Below, one piece after another: positions 18,768 through 28,926 of a stretch of 64,000 nt of DNA. Position numbers and translations under genes: made by a program. Source of the DNA: Bacteroidota bacterium (GTDB lineage: Bacteria; Bacteroidota; Bacteroidia; AKYH767-A; 2013-40CM-41-45). The notes beneath the pieces are model-generated. The model saw nothing but the letters and a program-made list of their open reading frames with translations, did not search any database and was not told where the DNA came from. The stretch covers positions 121,591-185,590 of the forward strand of contig JANLPR010000118.1 in assembly GCA_031367345.1 (NCBI GenBank), given 5' to 3'. Every line of letters starts with the position of its first letter. Position 1 is the first letter of the stretch.

Positions 18768-19761
18768 TGACGTTCAAGGATACATTAATCTTATCCATTA
18801 TTTGATGAGCTACTACTAGTGCTTGATAACCCTCCTCTATGGTTACAGGTGTTTCTTCGTCTTCCAAAATAGCATGTATCCATTGTTCCAGTTCCATTTT
18901 GATTGCATTACTTTCTTCAACTTTCGGTTGATCAAAATAAATAATCTTTGAACCTTTATTATTACCAAGATCAATTGTAATGTCGAGAGGACCCGGATCA
19001 CCTACTAAGTTTTTTAAACGTACTACTTCGGTTTTTCTTTTGAAAAAGTCGACAGATATATAAGCATCTCGTTGAAAAAATCTGCTCTTCCTCATATTCT
19101 TTAACGAAATTCTACTTGCAGTTAAATTAGCAACGCATCCATTATCAAATTCCAAACGTGCATTCGCTATATCGGCAGTATCGCTTACAACTGCAACGCC
19201 ACTTGCATTTATTTTTTTTATTGGCGACTTCACCACACTTAGAATAATATCGATATCATGAATCATCAGATCGTGAACAACTGATACATCTGTGCCGCGA
19301 GGATTAAATTCAGCGAGACGATGTGTTTCAATAAACAAAGGAGAATTCAAATAACTTTTAGCGGCTAAAAAGGCTGGGTTAAATCGTTCCACATGTCCCA
19401 CTTGAGCTTTCACAGCAGCTTCAGTTACCAATGAAACTAATTGTTTTCCTTCATTTACTGTATGCGTAATTGGCTTTTCAATAAAAACAGCTTTGGAAGC
19501 ACGCAAGGCCTTAACGGCATATTCGAAATGTGATATTGTTGGAGTTACAATATCGATGGCATCAGCCTCCGCAATAAGTTGATCCACATCTTCGTAAAAG
19601 GGAATTCCTGATTCGTTACTAAATACTTTTGCATATTCAACATTGTTATCGTAAAATCCAATCAGTTGAGCATTCCCGATCTCTTTTAAGAGTCGAATAT
19701 GTATTTTCCCGAGGTGCCCGGCACCAATGACTCCTACTTTCAACATCTTCCTGAAAATCAA
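18760..19761 (-). CDS. Gfo/Idh/MocA-family NAD(P)-dependent oxidoreductase (UDP-sugar dehydrogenase-like)
   Basis: N-terminal Rossmann KVGVIGAGHLGKIH...; C-terminal GFO_IDH_MocA alpha/beta domain. Confidence 0.75.
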   Translation of the reverse strand: MIFRKMLKVGVIGAGHLGKIHIRLLKEIGNAQLIGFYDNNVEYAKVFSNESGIPFYEDVDQLIAEADAIDIVTPTISHFEYAVKALRASKAVFIEKPITHTVNEGKQLVSLVTEAAVKAQVGHVERFNPAFLAAKSYLNSPLFIETHRLAEFNPRGTDVSVVHDLMIHDIDIILSVVKSPIKKINASGVAVVSDTADIANARLEFDNGCVANLTASRISLKNMRKSRFFQRDAYISVDFFKRKTEVVRLKNLVGDPGPLDITIDLGNNKGSKIIYFDQPKVEESNAIKMELEQWIHAILEDEETPVTIEEGYQALVVAHQIMDKINVSLNVIA

Positions 19762-19889
19762 TTTTATTTAGTGCCGCGAAATTAAGAATAAATACCACCT
19801 CTTCACAATAATGAAAGAAGGTTTTAGAACTTATCGTTGTTAATATTTAGCTAAAAAAACCGAAATTTGCATCAGATAGTCCTGTTTCT

Positions 19890-20573
19890 TTGCAACCTAT
19901 GATTAATTTACCGGAAGACAATTTCAAGCATCAAGGAATGCGGAAAAAGCTAATTGAACAAGTTAGGGCGAAAGGCATTGAGAGTGAGGACGTTTTGAGC
20001 GCAATGATGAAGATTCCGCGTCATTTTTTCCTTGAATTAGCCTTTTTAAATCAAGCTTATTCTGACCATGCTTTTCAAATTGGCGCCGGTCAAACAATCT
20101 CACAACCCTACACGGTTGCTTTTCAAACTGCATTATTAGAAATCAAAAAAGGAGATAAAGTTTTAGAAATTGGAACCGGTAGTGGGTATCAAACGTGTGT
20201 TCTTTTGGAAATGGGAGCAAAGGTGTTTTCAATTGAACGTCAAAAAGAATTGTTCGACAAAACAAAAGTTCTCTTGAGTGCAATGAATTATTCTCCTAAA
20301 TTGTTTTATGGTGATGGATATAAAGGTTTACCATCATTTGCACCATTCGATAAAATATTAATTACCTGCGGCGCTCCATACATTCCGGAAGAGCTGGTGA
20401 AACAATTGAAGGTGGGAGGTAGGATGGTTGTTCCTGTGGGTGCAGGAGAAGTACAAATGATGACATTGATAGAAAAAGCATCAGAGGATACGATTGTAAA
20501 AACTGAACTCAAAAACTTCCGATTTGTACCTATGTTAGAAAATAAAGAAAGTGGTGGAAGTTTGAATAAATAA
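19890..20573 (+). CDS. pcm: protein-L-isoaspartate O-methyltransferase
   Basis: SAM-binding motif VLEIGTGSGYQT and typical PCMT N-terminal region (RVLSAMMKIPRHFF). Confidence 0.8.
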   Translation: MQPMINLPEDNFKHQGMRKKLIEQVRAKGIESEDVLSAMMKIPRHFFLELAFLNQAYSDHAFQIGAGQTISQPYTVAFQTALLEIKKGDKVLEIGTGSGYQTCVLLEMGAKVFSIERQKELFDKTKVLLSAMNYSPKLFYGDGYKGLPSFAPFDKILITCGAPYIPEELVKQLKVGGRMVVPVGAGEVQMMTLIEKASEDTIVKTELKNFRFVPMLENKESGGSLNK

Positions 20574-20599
20574 AAATATTTTTTTTTCTATCAATATCA

Positions 20600-20645
20600 T
20601 AAAATAAAATAGGCTGCCTTTACAAGCAGCCTATTTTATTTGGTG
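20600..20645. terminator. bidirectional rho-independent terminator between convergent pcm and susD
   Basis: Hairpin AATAGGCTGC-CTTTACA-AGCAGCCTATT flanked by A/T runs on both sides. Confidence 0.6.
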
Positions 20646-20687
20646 TAGTTCCATCAATACATGACAGAACAATAAACAATACAGTGA

Positions 20688-22085
20688 TTAATTATCCCAA
20701 TACAATTTAGGATTCTGCATTGTAGAATTTTGATTGTAAGAATTTGGATTGTACAATCTTTCATTCGTTGGATAAATCAATCTTCTTGGAATTGGACCTA
20801 CAGCACCTGCATTTGGTTGAAGATTTGGTTGACCTGTTCTTCTCCAGTCAGTGAATGATTCCGGTTGTAAATAATTTGCAAAATACTTTTGTAATAAGAT
20901 TAAATTCAATTTGTCAGTTGAAGTACCAACCCAAATTACATTTGCAGCTTGATAAGTAGCATCATCAATTGCAGTTACTCCAAGCTTAGCCATATTTGCA
21001 CTTACCGCTTCATGAAGCGCAGTTTCTGCACCTGCATCATCACCTAAACGCATTTTAGCTTCAGCTTCGATAAATTTTTGCTCAAAATAAGTGAAGAAAT
21101 AAACCGGAGCTGTTTGGCCTATATAGTATTCTGTAGGTAAACCAAAATCGTAATAAGCTCCACTCACATCAATCATAGCTGCAAAACGAGGATCATTGTT
21201 TGCTTCCATTGCATTTGTCAGGTAATTACCAACATGAAAATTTGTATCAATCGATGAGTAGGAGATGTCTGCTCGTTGATCGATATACTGGTACCATGGG
21301 TTTGCATTAGAAGCATCAGGGAAACTTAACTGAGCATCATCACTTGTACCTGTTAAAGCCCCGGCATTGATTGCATCTAATGCAGCCTGAGCAGCTGTAG
21401 TTGACCCAAGCTTTGTTAGGTGAATCGCCATGCGAGCTTTTAATGCATTCGCAAGCTGACCCCATTTAGCAAGATCTCCACCATAGATAATATCATCACT
21501 TCCCGGAGTTTTAAAGTCGTCAGAAGTATTAGCAAAATCAGCGATTGCTCCATTCAATAATCCTGGAAGTATAGCAGTATAAATCTCCTGCTGTGTGTCA
21601 TAAGGAGGATTGATCTTTGTATTTCCTTGGAACGCACTTGTGTAAGGAACATTACCGAAAAGATCAGTCATCGTCATTAGAGAATAAGCCATCATGACCT
21701 TAGCTACTCCGTTATAGGCGTCGTACTTACCTGGAGTTTCTTCGGCTTTGAGCATGATTTGATGAAAATCTTCCATGTTATTAGCATACATATTATTCCA
21801 AAGATTATTAAAATCTTCTTCGGTAAAAATGTAGCTATTGTATGCACCAAATTGACGATTAGCGCCTGTAGCATTTTGTGCGAAGATTGCATTGTATCGT
21901 GCAATATCTCCTCCAAATGTAAATGCCAAAGAAACTTGTCCAGCAGGAAGAATCATATTTACCGGAACGTCTTTCGGCAAATTAGGGTTGTCGTTTACGT
22001 CTAGAAAATTCTTTTCGCAACTCGACAACGAGAATACAACAACAATTGCTGCAGCAACTCGAGTGACTATATTAATTTTTTTCAT
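20688..22085 (-). CDS. SusD/RagB-family nutrient-binding outer-membrane lipoprotein
   Basis: Lipoprotein signal (SLSSCEKNFLDVNDNPN). 465 aa with TPR-like helical SusD fold. Immediately downstream of a SusC-like gene. Confidence 0.8.
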   Translation of the reverse strand: MKKINIVTRVAAAIVVVFSLSSCEKNFLDVNDNPNLPKDVPVNMILPAGQVSLAFTFGGDIARYNAIFAQNATGANRQFGAYNSYIFTEEDFNNLWNNMYANNMEDFHQIMLKAEETPGKYDAYNGVAKVMMAYSLMTMTDLFGNVPYTSAFQGNTKINPPYDTQQEIYTAILPGLLNGAIADFANTSDDFKTPGSDDIIYGGDLAKWGQLANALKARMAIHLTKLGSTTAAQAALDAINAGALTGTSDDAQLSFPDASNANPWYQYIDQRADISYSSIDTNFHVGNYLTNAMEANNDPRFAAMIDVSGAYYDFGLPTEYYIGQTAPVYFFTYFEQKFIEAEAKMRLGDDAGAETALHEAVSANMAKLGVTAIDDATYQAANVIWVGTSTDKLNLILLQKYFANYLQPESFTDWRRTGQPNLQPNAGAVGPIPRRLIYPTNERLYNPNSYNQNSTMQNPKLYWDN

Positions 22086-22116
22086 TTAGTTTTTTTTAAA
22101 AATTAGACATTAACGA

Positions 22117-25100
22117 TTAAAGTGTAACTCTAACACTGAAGCCATAACTACGAGTTGAAGGCATGTTAAAATAATCCATACCCAAACTATTTCCTGCACC
22201 TGTTAAGCTGGTCTCAGGATCAATTCCCTGGTAGTCAGTTTTTATCCAAAGATTTCTTCCTATCAAAGAAATATCAATACTCCCAAATGGAGTTTTCTTT
22301 AACCATTTTTTGTTAACTGAATAACTTAATGAAAGTTCACGAAGCTTAACATAAGAACCATCTTCTATATATTGCTCCGCTGGTCCTGTAAAACCGGAAA
22401 GAACTCCAAATTGTCTGCTGGTCTCATCTAATGTAGCTATGGCAGTATTTGCATCACCTGTAATAACCAAATTGTTGTTTGAATCATAGTATCCTCTTAC
22501 CCCATCAAATACTTTTGTTTCGCCACGAGTCTCTGTTCCTTTAGATGTACCAAAATAGTCAAGTACTCCTCGCGTTCCATTCCAAATATCGCCACCTTTT
22601 TTAATGTCAATTAAGAAGCCCAATGAAAAACCTTTATAGGTAAAAGAGTTTGAAATACCGCCTGTCCAATTTGGATTTGGATCTCCGATTACACCAACAG
22701 TTGGATCTTGAATTGGAAGTCCGTCAGCTTCATTAACAACTACACGACCATTTCCATCTCTTAACCAACGGCCACCATAAATTTGTCCATAAGGTTGACC
22801 AACCACTGCATAAATAGCAGATCCTTCAAATCCACCTAAGAATAGATCATTGATACCATCTGCAAGAGCAGTAACTTTATTACGATTTCTAGCCCAGTTC
22901 AATGTGATATTCCATTCAAAGTTTTTTGTTTTAACAGGTGAAGCATAGACTAACAATTCAACACCTTTGTTTTCCATACTACCTGCATTTTTTATTTGAT
23001 ATTGATAACCTGACGATCCAGCAATTGGAACCGGAAGTATTTGATCAACTGAGTTATTGGAATAGTATGTTAAATCGACTCCTAAACGGTTATCAAGGAA
23101 TTTTAAGTCAGCACCAATCTCAAAACTTTTTGTTTTCTCAGGTTTCAAGTTTGGATTTCCAAGTGTATTATCAGCTGTATAACCTGCAAGACCACCAAAT
23201 GGGAAAGTAACACCGGATGTCCAACCATCTGCAAAAACTCCGGTTGTAAAATAATTATATAAACCAAATACAGGGGCATCATTTCCTACGATCGCATAAG
23301 AAACACGCAGCTTTCCATAAGGAAGTGTTTTGCTATTCATCTTCAATGCATCAGTAAAGATCCATCCCAAACTAGCTGAAGGGTAGAAGAACGTATTGTT
23401 ATCAGTTGGTAATGTAGAAGATGTTGAAGCACGCCCTGTAAGATCTAAATAAAGATAATCTTTGTAGCTAAGTTTTGCCTGAGAATAAAAAGCGTGAGTT
23501 CTATATTTTGTGTATGACTCTCTCGTAATAATAGTAGTAGCAACAGAGATATTCTGAAAATTAGGGAAATTTAATTGATCTCCTTCAACATATAAATTTG
23601 ATTTATACGATCCAAAAACGTTATTACCAATTAATAAACTTCCTTTGAAATCCGGATTAAATGTTTTGTTCAAAGTAACAAATAGATCGCTGTTTACATG
23701 GCGGTAAAAGATATCTTGGTGGAAAATTTTTCCGTCAGGATATGTTCTTGATCCAAGTGCAATTATTTGTTTGCGATTATCGCTATAAAAATCTGTTCCT
23801 ATACGGTAAGTTACATCCATCCATGAATATGCGTTATAAACTGCAGATACAGAACCGAACATTCTATTTACATCATCATTAAAAGGGTTTTGGTTAACAG
23901 TCCAATAAGGATTGTCATATCCTACGCCACCACGATAATTTCTCTGTCCGCCATTGGCTAACAAATAAGCACTAGAAGCTTCGGGGTCTGAATTACCATT
24001 AGAGTTGTCGAACGATATTGGTGTTCTAAGTAGACCTAACATCAAACCGGAAGTATTACTTCCTTGTTGTGTTCTACGTCCGCCAGACTTCGAATAAGTA
24101 ATATTACCAGTTGCAGACATTTTTTTAGAAATCGCACTTGAACCAGCAATTGAAAGAGTGTATCTTTTAAAATTAGAAAGAGGAACTACACCTTCATCAG
24201 ATAAACGAGAAAAAGACATTCTATAAGTAGAAGCATCATTTCCTCCTGACATAGCTACATTATTTTCAGCTGTAAATCCGGTACGGAAAAATTGATCTGA
24301 ATTATTGTATGGCGAAAATTTAATAGCACCTGGAGTAGTGCCAGCAGCAGTAGCGCCAATCAACTGACCATTCTGACTGAATTGAGAAGTTGCTGCGGGA
24401 TTCCAATAAGTCGTATCTCCTGATGGCCCCCAGCTTCCTGAAGTACTACTTTCATAAGAACGATATGCTCCTAGTTTACCTTTCACAAACTTATTTTGAA
24501 GTTCCGGCAATCTGTTAACTTCACTCCAAGTAAAACTTGAACCAACAGATACGTTCACACCACCACCAACTTTTTTAGCACCTTTCTTAGTGGTAATAAT
24601 GATGGCTCCGTTAGATGCATTCAAACCATAAAGGGCTGTTGCTGCAGGCCCTTTTAAAACGTTGATCGACTCAATGTCGTCCGGATTAATATCGACCGCA
24701 CGATTGGAGTTGTTTACACTTTCAAGGAAATTGTTTCCACCGTTGTCAGGATTTCCTGATGCATCATGCGAGTTATCGATAGGCACTCCATCAATAATAA
24801 ATAATGGATCGTTGCTACCGGTAATAGAAGAAACACCACGTAAACGAACATTAACTGATGAACCGGGAGTACCCGATGAATTTGTAACTTGAATACCAGA
24901 AACTTTTCCGGAAAGACCACTTAAAGCATTAGGCTGGCCGGCCTTATTTAAATCAGTTCCGGAAACTACTTGAGTAGAATACCCTACAGATTTTTTCTCT
25001 TGTTTGATTCCGATTGCTGAAACCATTACTTCATTCAATTGAAGCGCATCAACCTCTAGCAAAAAATCAATAGTGTTGGAAGCTCCCAGATCAACCTGTC

Positions 25101-25344
25101 TTGTTTTCATCCCTAATGCCGATACCTTAATTGTTTTGGTAGAAGCAGGGACTGTCAATTTGAAATTACCATCGACATCGGTAGTTGTTCCGATTGTAGT
25201 TCCGACGACAATTACTGTAGCACCTGGAATACCCTGGTTGTCCTGCGCGGAGGTAACCTTACCGGTGATTGATCTGTCTTGTGCAGACACTTGCAAACTA
25301 ATGAATGCAAGCAAAACCGCGATTAGCGTAATTACTTTTCTCAT
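22117..25344 (-). CDS. SusC/RagA-family TonB-dependent outer-membrane transporter
   Basis: 1075 aa. N-terminal carboxypeptidase-regulatory-like domain (ITGKVTSAQDNQGIPGATVIVVGT). TonB plug and 22-strand barrel with C-terminal aromatic residue. Confidence 0.85.
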   Translation of the reverse strand: MRKVITLIAVLLAFISLQVSAQDRSITGKVTSAQDNQGIPGATVIVVGTTIGTTTDVDGNFKLTVPASTKTIKVSALGMKTRQVDLGASNTIDFLLEVDALQLNEVMVSAIGIKQEKKSVGYSTQVVSGTDLNKAGQPNALSGLSGKVSGIQVTNSSGTPGSSVNVRLRGVSSITGSNDPLFIIDGVPIDNSHDASGNPDNGGNNFLESVNNSNRAVDINPDDIESINVLKGPAATALYGLNASNGAIIITTKKGAKKVGGGVNVSVGSSFTWSEVNRLPELQNKFVKGKLGAYRSYESSTSGSWGPSGDTTYWNPAATSQFSQNGQLIGATAAGTTPGAIKFSPYNNSDQFFRTGFTAENNVAMSGGNDASTYRMSFSRLSDEGVVPLSNFKRYTLSIAGSSAISKKMSATGNITYSKSGGRRTQQGSNTSGLMLGLLRTPISFDNSNGNSDPEASSAYLLANGGQRNYRGGVGYDNPYWTVNQNPFNDDVNRMFGSVSAVYNAYSWMDVTYRIGTDFYSDNRKQIIALGSRTYPDGKIFHQDIFYRHVNSDLFVTLNKTFNPDFKGSLLIGNNVFGSYKSNLYVEGDQLNFPNFQNISVATTIITRESYTKYRTHAFYSQAKLSYKDYLYLDLTGRASTSSTLPTDNNTFFYPSASLGWIFTDALKMNSKTLPYGKLRVSYAIVGNDAPVFGLYNYFTTGVFADGWTSGVTFPFGGLAGYTADNTLGNPNLKPEKTKSFEIGADLKFLDNRLGVDLTYYSNNSVDQILPVPIAGSSGYQYQIKNAGSMENKGVELLVYASPVKTKNFEWNITLNWARNRNKVTALADGINDLFLGGFEGSAIYAVVGQPYGQIYGGRWLRDGNGRVVVNEADGLPIQDPTVGVIGDPNPNWTGGISNSFTYKGFSLGFLIDIKKGGDIWNGTRGVLDYFGTSKGTETRGETKVFDGVRGYYDSNNNLVITGDANTAIATLDETSRQFGVLSGFTGPAEQYIEDGSYVKLRELSLSYSVNKKWLKKTPFGSIDISLIGRNLWIKTDYQGIDPETSLTGAGNSLGMDYFNMPSTRSYGFSVRVTL

Positions 25345-25375
25345 AGAAGTTAGTTTTGGTTAAACAAAAATTCTT

Positions 25376-25426
25376 TTAATTAAAGTCCAATTTAGCAATA
25401 ATTTTTTTTAATTAACAATTAATTAA
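25376..25426. promoter_or_regulatory. three copies of palindromic octamer TTAATTAA in the susC upstream region (candidate operator)
   Basis: TTAATTAA at 25376..25383, 25408..25415 and 25419..25426; the last two separated by CAA. Confidence 0.2.
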
Positions 25427-25771
25427 CGTAAAAACTTTATTAACACATATCTAAAAGTTTGATGGTAAAACTGTTCTATTGAAAATTGTTAATCGTTTTT
25501 CTCAAGAAACTCAATGTTTTTTAGCAAAAATTAAGAAACGAGTTAAAGAAATCTGCAAGAATCAGGTTCATTTTGTAACTTTTTAAGTCCAAATTGATAC
25601 ACACCCATCAAAAGCTGAATTTTTACTCTCATAAAGCATCATTTTAATAGACTGATATAAAGGTCAATGAACATTTAATGGTTCAAAACTAAATGAAAGA
25701 CTTGACTGGTGTTGGAAAGCAGGCTTAAATTTGTCTCATTATTTACCAATTAAACCCAAAAAAAACAGAAA

Positions 25772-26452
25772 ATGAAAAAAGTAATTCTTTCTGCAGCATT
25801 AGTAGCTATAACTAGCTTCGCTTTTGCTCAAAAACCAGCTGCTGGTGATGTTACCGGTGACGTTGAATTAAGATTTCAAACTGGAGGTGACTTCGTTCAC
25901 GTATTATCTCCAAATTTGAATGCAAGGTATTTCTTGAAAGATGACATGGCTCTTCGTTTAACTCTTGGAGTAAACACAAGCAGCTCATCTCAGGACTTCA
26001 CAGAAAATGCTGACGGTTCAGGTGGTACTGGTAAGTATGACATGAGCAGCAGCAGCTTCCTAATTGGAGTAGGAATTGAGAAGCATTTTGCGGGAACTGA
26101 AAAACTATCTCCTTATGTTGGAGCTGGTATTAGCTTTAGCACTGGTTCTTCTAGTGCTACTGGTACTAACGCTGATGGTACATCATACATGGCGGCTTAT
26201 ACTGAAAAAGTTGACGGAGCTTCTGTTTCAACTTTCGGAATTGGAGTAAATGCAGGTGCTGATTATTATTTCGTTAACCACGTTTATGTTGGTATCGAAG
26301 TTGGATTAGGCTTCTCGTCTGCTTCAAGCGGTAAATCTACAACTACAATTACTTCTGGTGGTGTTTCTTCAACATCTGTTTCTCAAGGCGGAAGCTCTTC
26401 AGGAATCGGAGTTGGTGCAAATTCAGGAGTTCGTTTAGGATTTTGCTTCTAA
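25772..26452 (+). CDS. outer-membrane beta-barrel protein (porin-like), Gly/Ser-rich
   Basis: Signal peptide. Alternating amphipathic beta-strand pattern. C-terminal aromatic (…LGFCF). Confidence 0.5.
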   Translation: MKKVILSAALVAITSFAFAQKPAAGDVTGDVELRFQTGGDFVHVLSPNLNARYFLKDDMALRLTLGVNTSSSSQDFTENADGSGGTGKYDMSSSSFLIGVGIEKHFAGTEKLSPYVGAGISFSTGSSSATGTNADGTSYMAAYTEKVDGASVSTFGIGVNAGADYYFVNHVYVGIEVGLGFSSASSGKSTTTITSGGVSSTSVSQGGSSSGIGVGANSGVRLGFCF

Positions 26453-26470
26453 TCAAACAAGAATTGATAA

Positions 26471-26500
26471 AAAATCCCGCTTCGGCGGGATTTTTTTTTA
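26471..26500. terminator. rho-independent terminator with UUCG tetraloop
   Basis: AAATCCCGC-TTCG-GCGGGATTT followed by T9. Sits between the convergent OMP gene and smpB. Confidence 0.7.
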
Positions 26501-26959
26501 TCTAATCACTTTTGAAATTTCTCTTTGTTGGTCTTTCTTTTTCAAATCTTCTCTTTTATCGAACGACTTCTTTCCTTTAGCTAAAGCAATTTCTAATTTG
26601 GCAAATCCGCGCTCACTAAAAAATAATTGAATAGGAACAATTGTCACGCCTTTCTCCTTCAGCTTTGAATTGACCTTCTGAAGCTCTTTGCGATTAAGCA
26701 ATAGCTTTCGGAGTCGTTTTGGTTCATGGTTGTTATAAGAGCCTTGCTTGTATTCTGCAATGTGCAAATTCTTCACCCATAATTCGTTGTTTAGTACAAC
26801 ACAAAAGGAATCACTTAACGATGCTTTACCTTCCCGTATCGACTTCACTTCTGTACCTGTTAAAATCATACCGGCAGTGAACGTAGCTATAAAACTATAT
26901 TCAAAACCTGCTTTCTTATTCTTTATTACTATCGACTCTTTTGTCATAAACGAATGCAA
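26498..26959 (-). CDS. smpB: SsrA-binding protein
   Basis: KNKKAGFEY...LTGTEVKSIREGK...LLLNRKE motifs. 153 aa; the true start may be the M at 26947. Confidence 0.85.
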   Translation of the reverse strand: MHSFMTKESIVIKNKKAGFEYSFIATFTAGMILTGTEVKSIREGKASLSDSFCVVLNNELWVKNLHIAEYKQGSYNNHEPKRLRKLLLNRKELQKVNSKLKEKGVTIVPIQLFFSERGFAKLEIALAKGKKSFDKREDLKKKDQQREISKVIR

Positions 26960-27026
26960 AACTACTAAATCCTCAATGCTTACTTCATTTTTGATTAAAC
27001 ATTAATTGGCTTGTTCAATTCGCTAA

Positions 27027-28922
27027 TTATAAGTGATTGGTTACTATTAAAATTGGAATGTCGAGCCTATGACGTACTCCACCCACAGTAGTTCCGAATA
27101 AAAAATCTTTTAGCCCTTTATGACCATGAGCTCCCATTACCAACAACTCAGCTTTGAATTCCTTTACCAAAATAGGAATAGATCTTTTAGGGTTACCATA
27201 GCCGATCTTAATACTTACTTTATACCCATCACTTCGTAACTCTTCTGCATAGGCATTCAAATTATTTACATCTGTCATAAACTCGAAATCACGAATCTCA
27301 TTTTTCATGAATAAAGCTCCTGCTGACTCAACAACGTGAATCAACACATAATCAGCTTGTTTTCCTCCTTGAGCTAATGCATTACTTATGTTCCTATGAT
27401 CACTTTTTGAAAAATCAACAGCAATCGCAATCCTAGAGAAAGGCTGAATCTGATCGGGTTTTATTTGTTCCATTGACCCATGTAAACTAGTATAAATTTT
27501 CGGCTCCTTGAATTTAAACAGTGGCCTAAACGTAATATACAAAAGTAATCCGGCAGAGAAAAGGAGAACTGGTAATAATACCGACGCCAATAACAATGGA
27601 CTATCGGCAGAACTAAACCAATCGTTGATCTGCTCTGCAACAAGCTTTACATTCAATCCAACTATAATCAAAGCCACCAACCATGATAATATTTTGACAT
27701 ATGTAGGAATAACAAACTCTTTCATCTTCGATTTGTCAGAAACAAAATGAATAAGAGGAATAATGGCGAAGCCCAATTGAAGACTTAGAATAACCTGACT
27801 CAAGATGAGTAATTTTCCTGTAGCGGCTTCTCCGAAATAATAGATTGCTATTAATGCCGGAATAATAGCTAGTAGACGAGTAATAAGTCTCCGTATCCAA
27901 GGAGCAATTCTTATTCTCAAATATCCTTCCATTACAATTTGTCCGGCAAGCGTACCTGTGATAGTTGAACTTTGTCCGGCCGCAATCAAAGCAATCGCAA
28001 ATAATTTAGGCGCTAAAGTTGACCCTAAAAGTGGTTCTAAAAAATTATGAGCATCTTGGATCTCACTCACTTCAAACATGCCATTTTTGAAAAAGGTTGA
28101 CGCCGCAAGTATAAGGATAGCAGCATTTACAAAAAATGCCAAATTCAAGGCAATCACTGAATCAAATATATTATACTTAATTGCTTTACGAATTTCAGTA
28201 GAAGTCCTTTTAAATTTTCTAGTCTGAACTAAGGATGAATGTAAGTACAAATTATGAGGCATCACAGTAGCACCAATGATTCCGATTGCGATATACAATG
28301 CTGTTGGTCCCGGCAATGATGGAATAAAACCGGAAGAGATTTCGAGAAGCGATGGTTTCGCAAGGAACATTTCAGTTAAAAATGCAAATCCTATAATTAC
28401 AATAAGGCCTAAAATAAATGCCTCCATTCTTCTGATTCCAAAGTTGAGAAGAAAAAGCAAAAGAAAGGTATCTAAGATTGTTATGCAAACCCCATAAAAT
28501 AATGGAATGCCAAAAAGCAATTGAATGCCAATGGCCATTCCTAAAACTTCTGCTAAATCGCAAGATGCAATAGCGATTTCAGCCAAAATATAAAGTGAAA
28601 AATTGACAGGTTTAGAATACGTTTCTCTTGATGCTTGAGCGAGATCCCTTCCTCTTACAATACCTAAACGAGCTGCTAAACTTTGAAGTAGGATTGCCAT
28701 AAGATTCGACATCAGCAAAACCCAGATCAAAGCATAGCCAAACTTACTACCACCTGCAATATCTGTAGCCCAATTGCCCGGATCCATATAGCCAACACTT
28801 ACCAGATAGGCTGGTCCCAAAAAACTAAATAACTTTTTAAATTTCGATTTGGGTACTGTAGTATCTATCGACTCGTACACTTCAGAAAGTGAATGATCAG
28901 ATGAATTAATATTTTCTTTCAT
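27027..28922 (-). CDS. mntH: Nramp/MntH-family divalent metal (Mn2+/Fe2+) transporter fused to a C-terminal universal stress protein (UspA) domain
   Basis: Nramp signature GPAYLVSVGYMDPGNWATDIAGGS, ~11 TM helices. A ~150-aa C-terminal cytoplasmic domain with a Usp-like ATP-binding motif (VMGAHGHKGLKDFLFGTT). Confidence 0.75.
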   Translation of the reverse strand: MKENINSSDHSLSEVYESIDTTVPKSKFKKLFSFLGPAYLVSVGYMDPGNWATDIAGGSKFGYALIWVLLMSNLMAILLQSLAARLGIVRGRDLAQASRETYSKPVNFSLYILAEIAIASCDLAEVLGMAIGIQLLFGIPLFYGVCITILDTFLLLFLLNFGIRRMEAFILGLIVIIGFAFLTEMFLAKPSLLEISSGFIPSLPGPTALYIAIGIIGATVMPHNLYLHSSLVQTRKFKRTSTEIRKAIKYNIFDSVIALNLAFFVNAAILILAASTFFKNGMFEVSEIQDAHNFLEPLLGSTLAPKLFAIALIAAGQSSTITGTLAGQIVMEGYLRIRIAPWIRRLITRLLAIIPALIAIYYFGEAATGKLLILSQVILSLQLGFAIIPLIHFVSDKSKMKEFVIPTYVKILSWLVALIIVGLNVKLVAEQINDWFSSADSPLLLASVLLPVLLFSAGLLLYITFRPLFKFKEPKIYTSLHGSMEQIKPDQIQPFSRIAIAVDFSKSDHRNISNALAQGGKQADYVLIHVVESAGALFMKNEIRDFEFMTDVNNLNAYAEELRSDGYKVSIKIGYGNPKRSIPILVKEFKAELLVMGAHGHKGLKDFLFGTTVGGVRHRLDIPILIVTNHL

Positions 28923-28926
28923 TCGA

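Noticed and set aside
21704-22089. Three small ORFs overlapping the SusD gene
   Set aside because: All embedded in or antisense to the SusD CDS.
22938-25363. Several 68-96-aa ORFs inside or antisense to SusC
   Set aside because: Embedded within a 1075-aa TonB-dependent transporter gene; no independent support.
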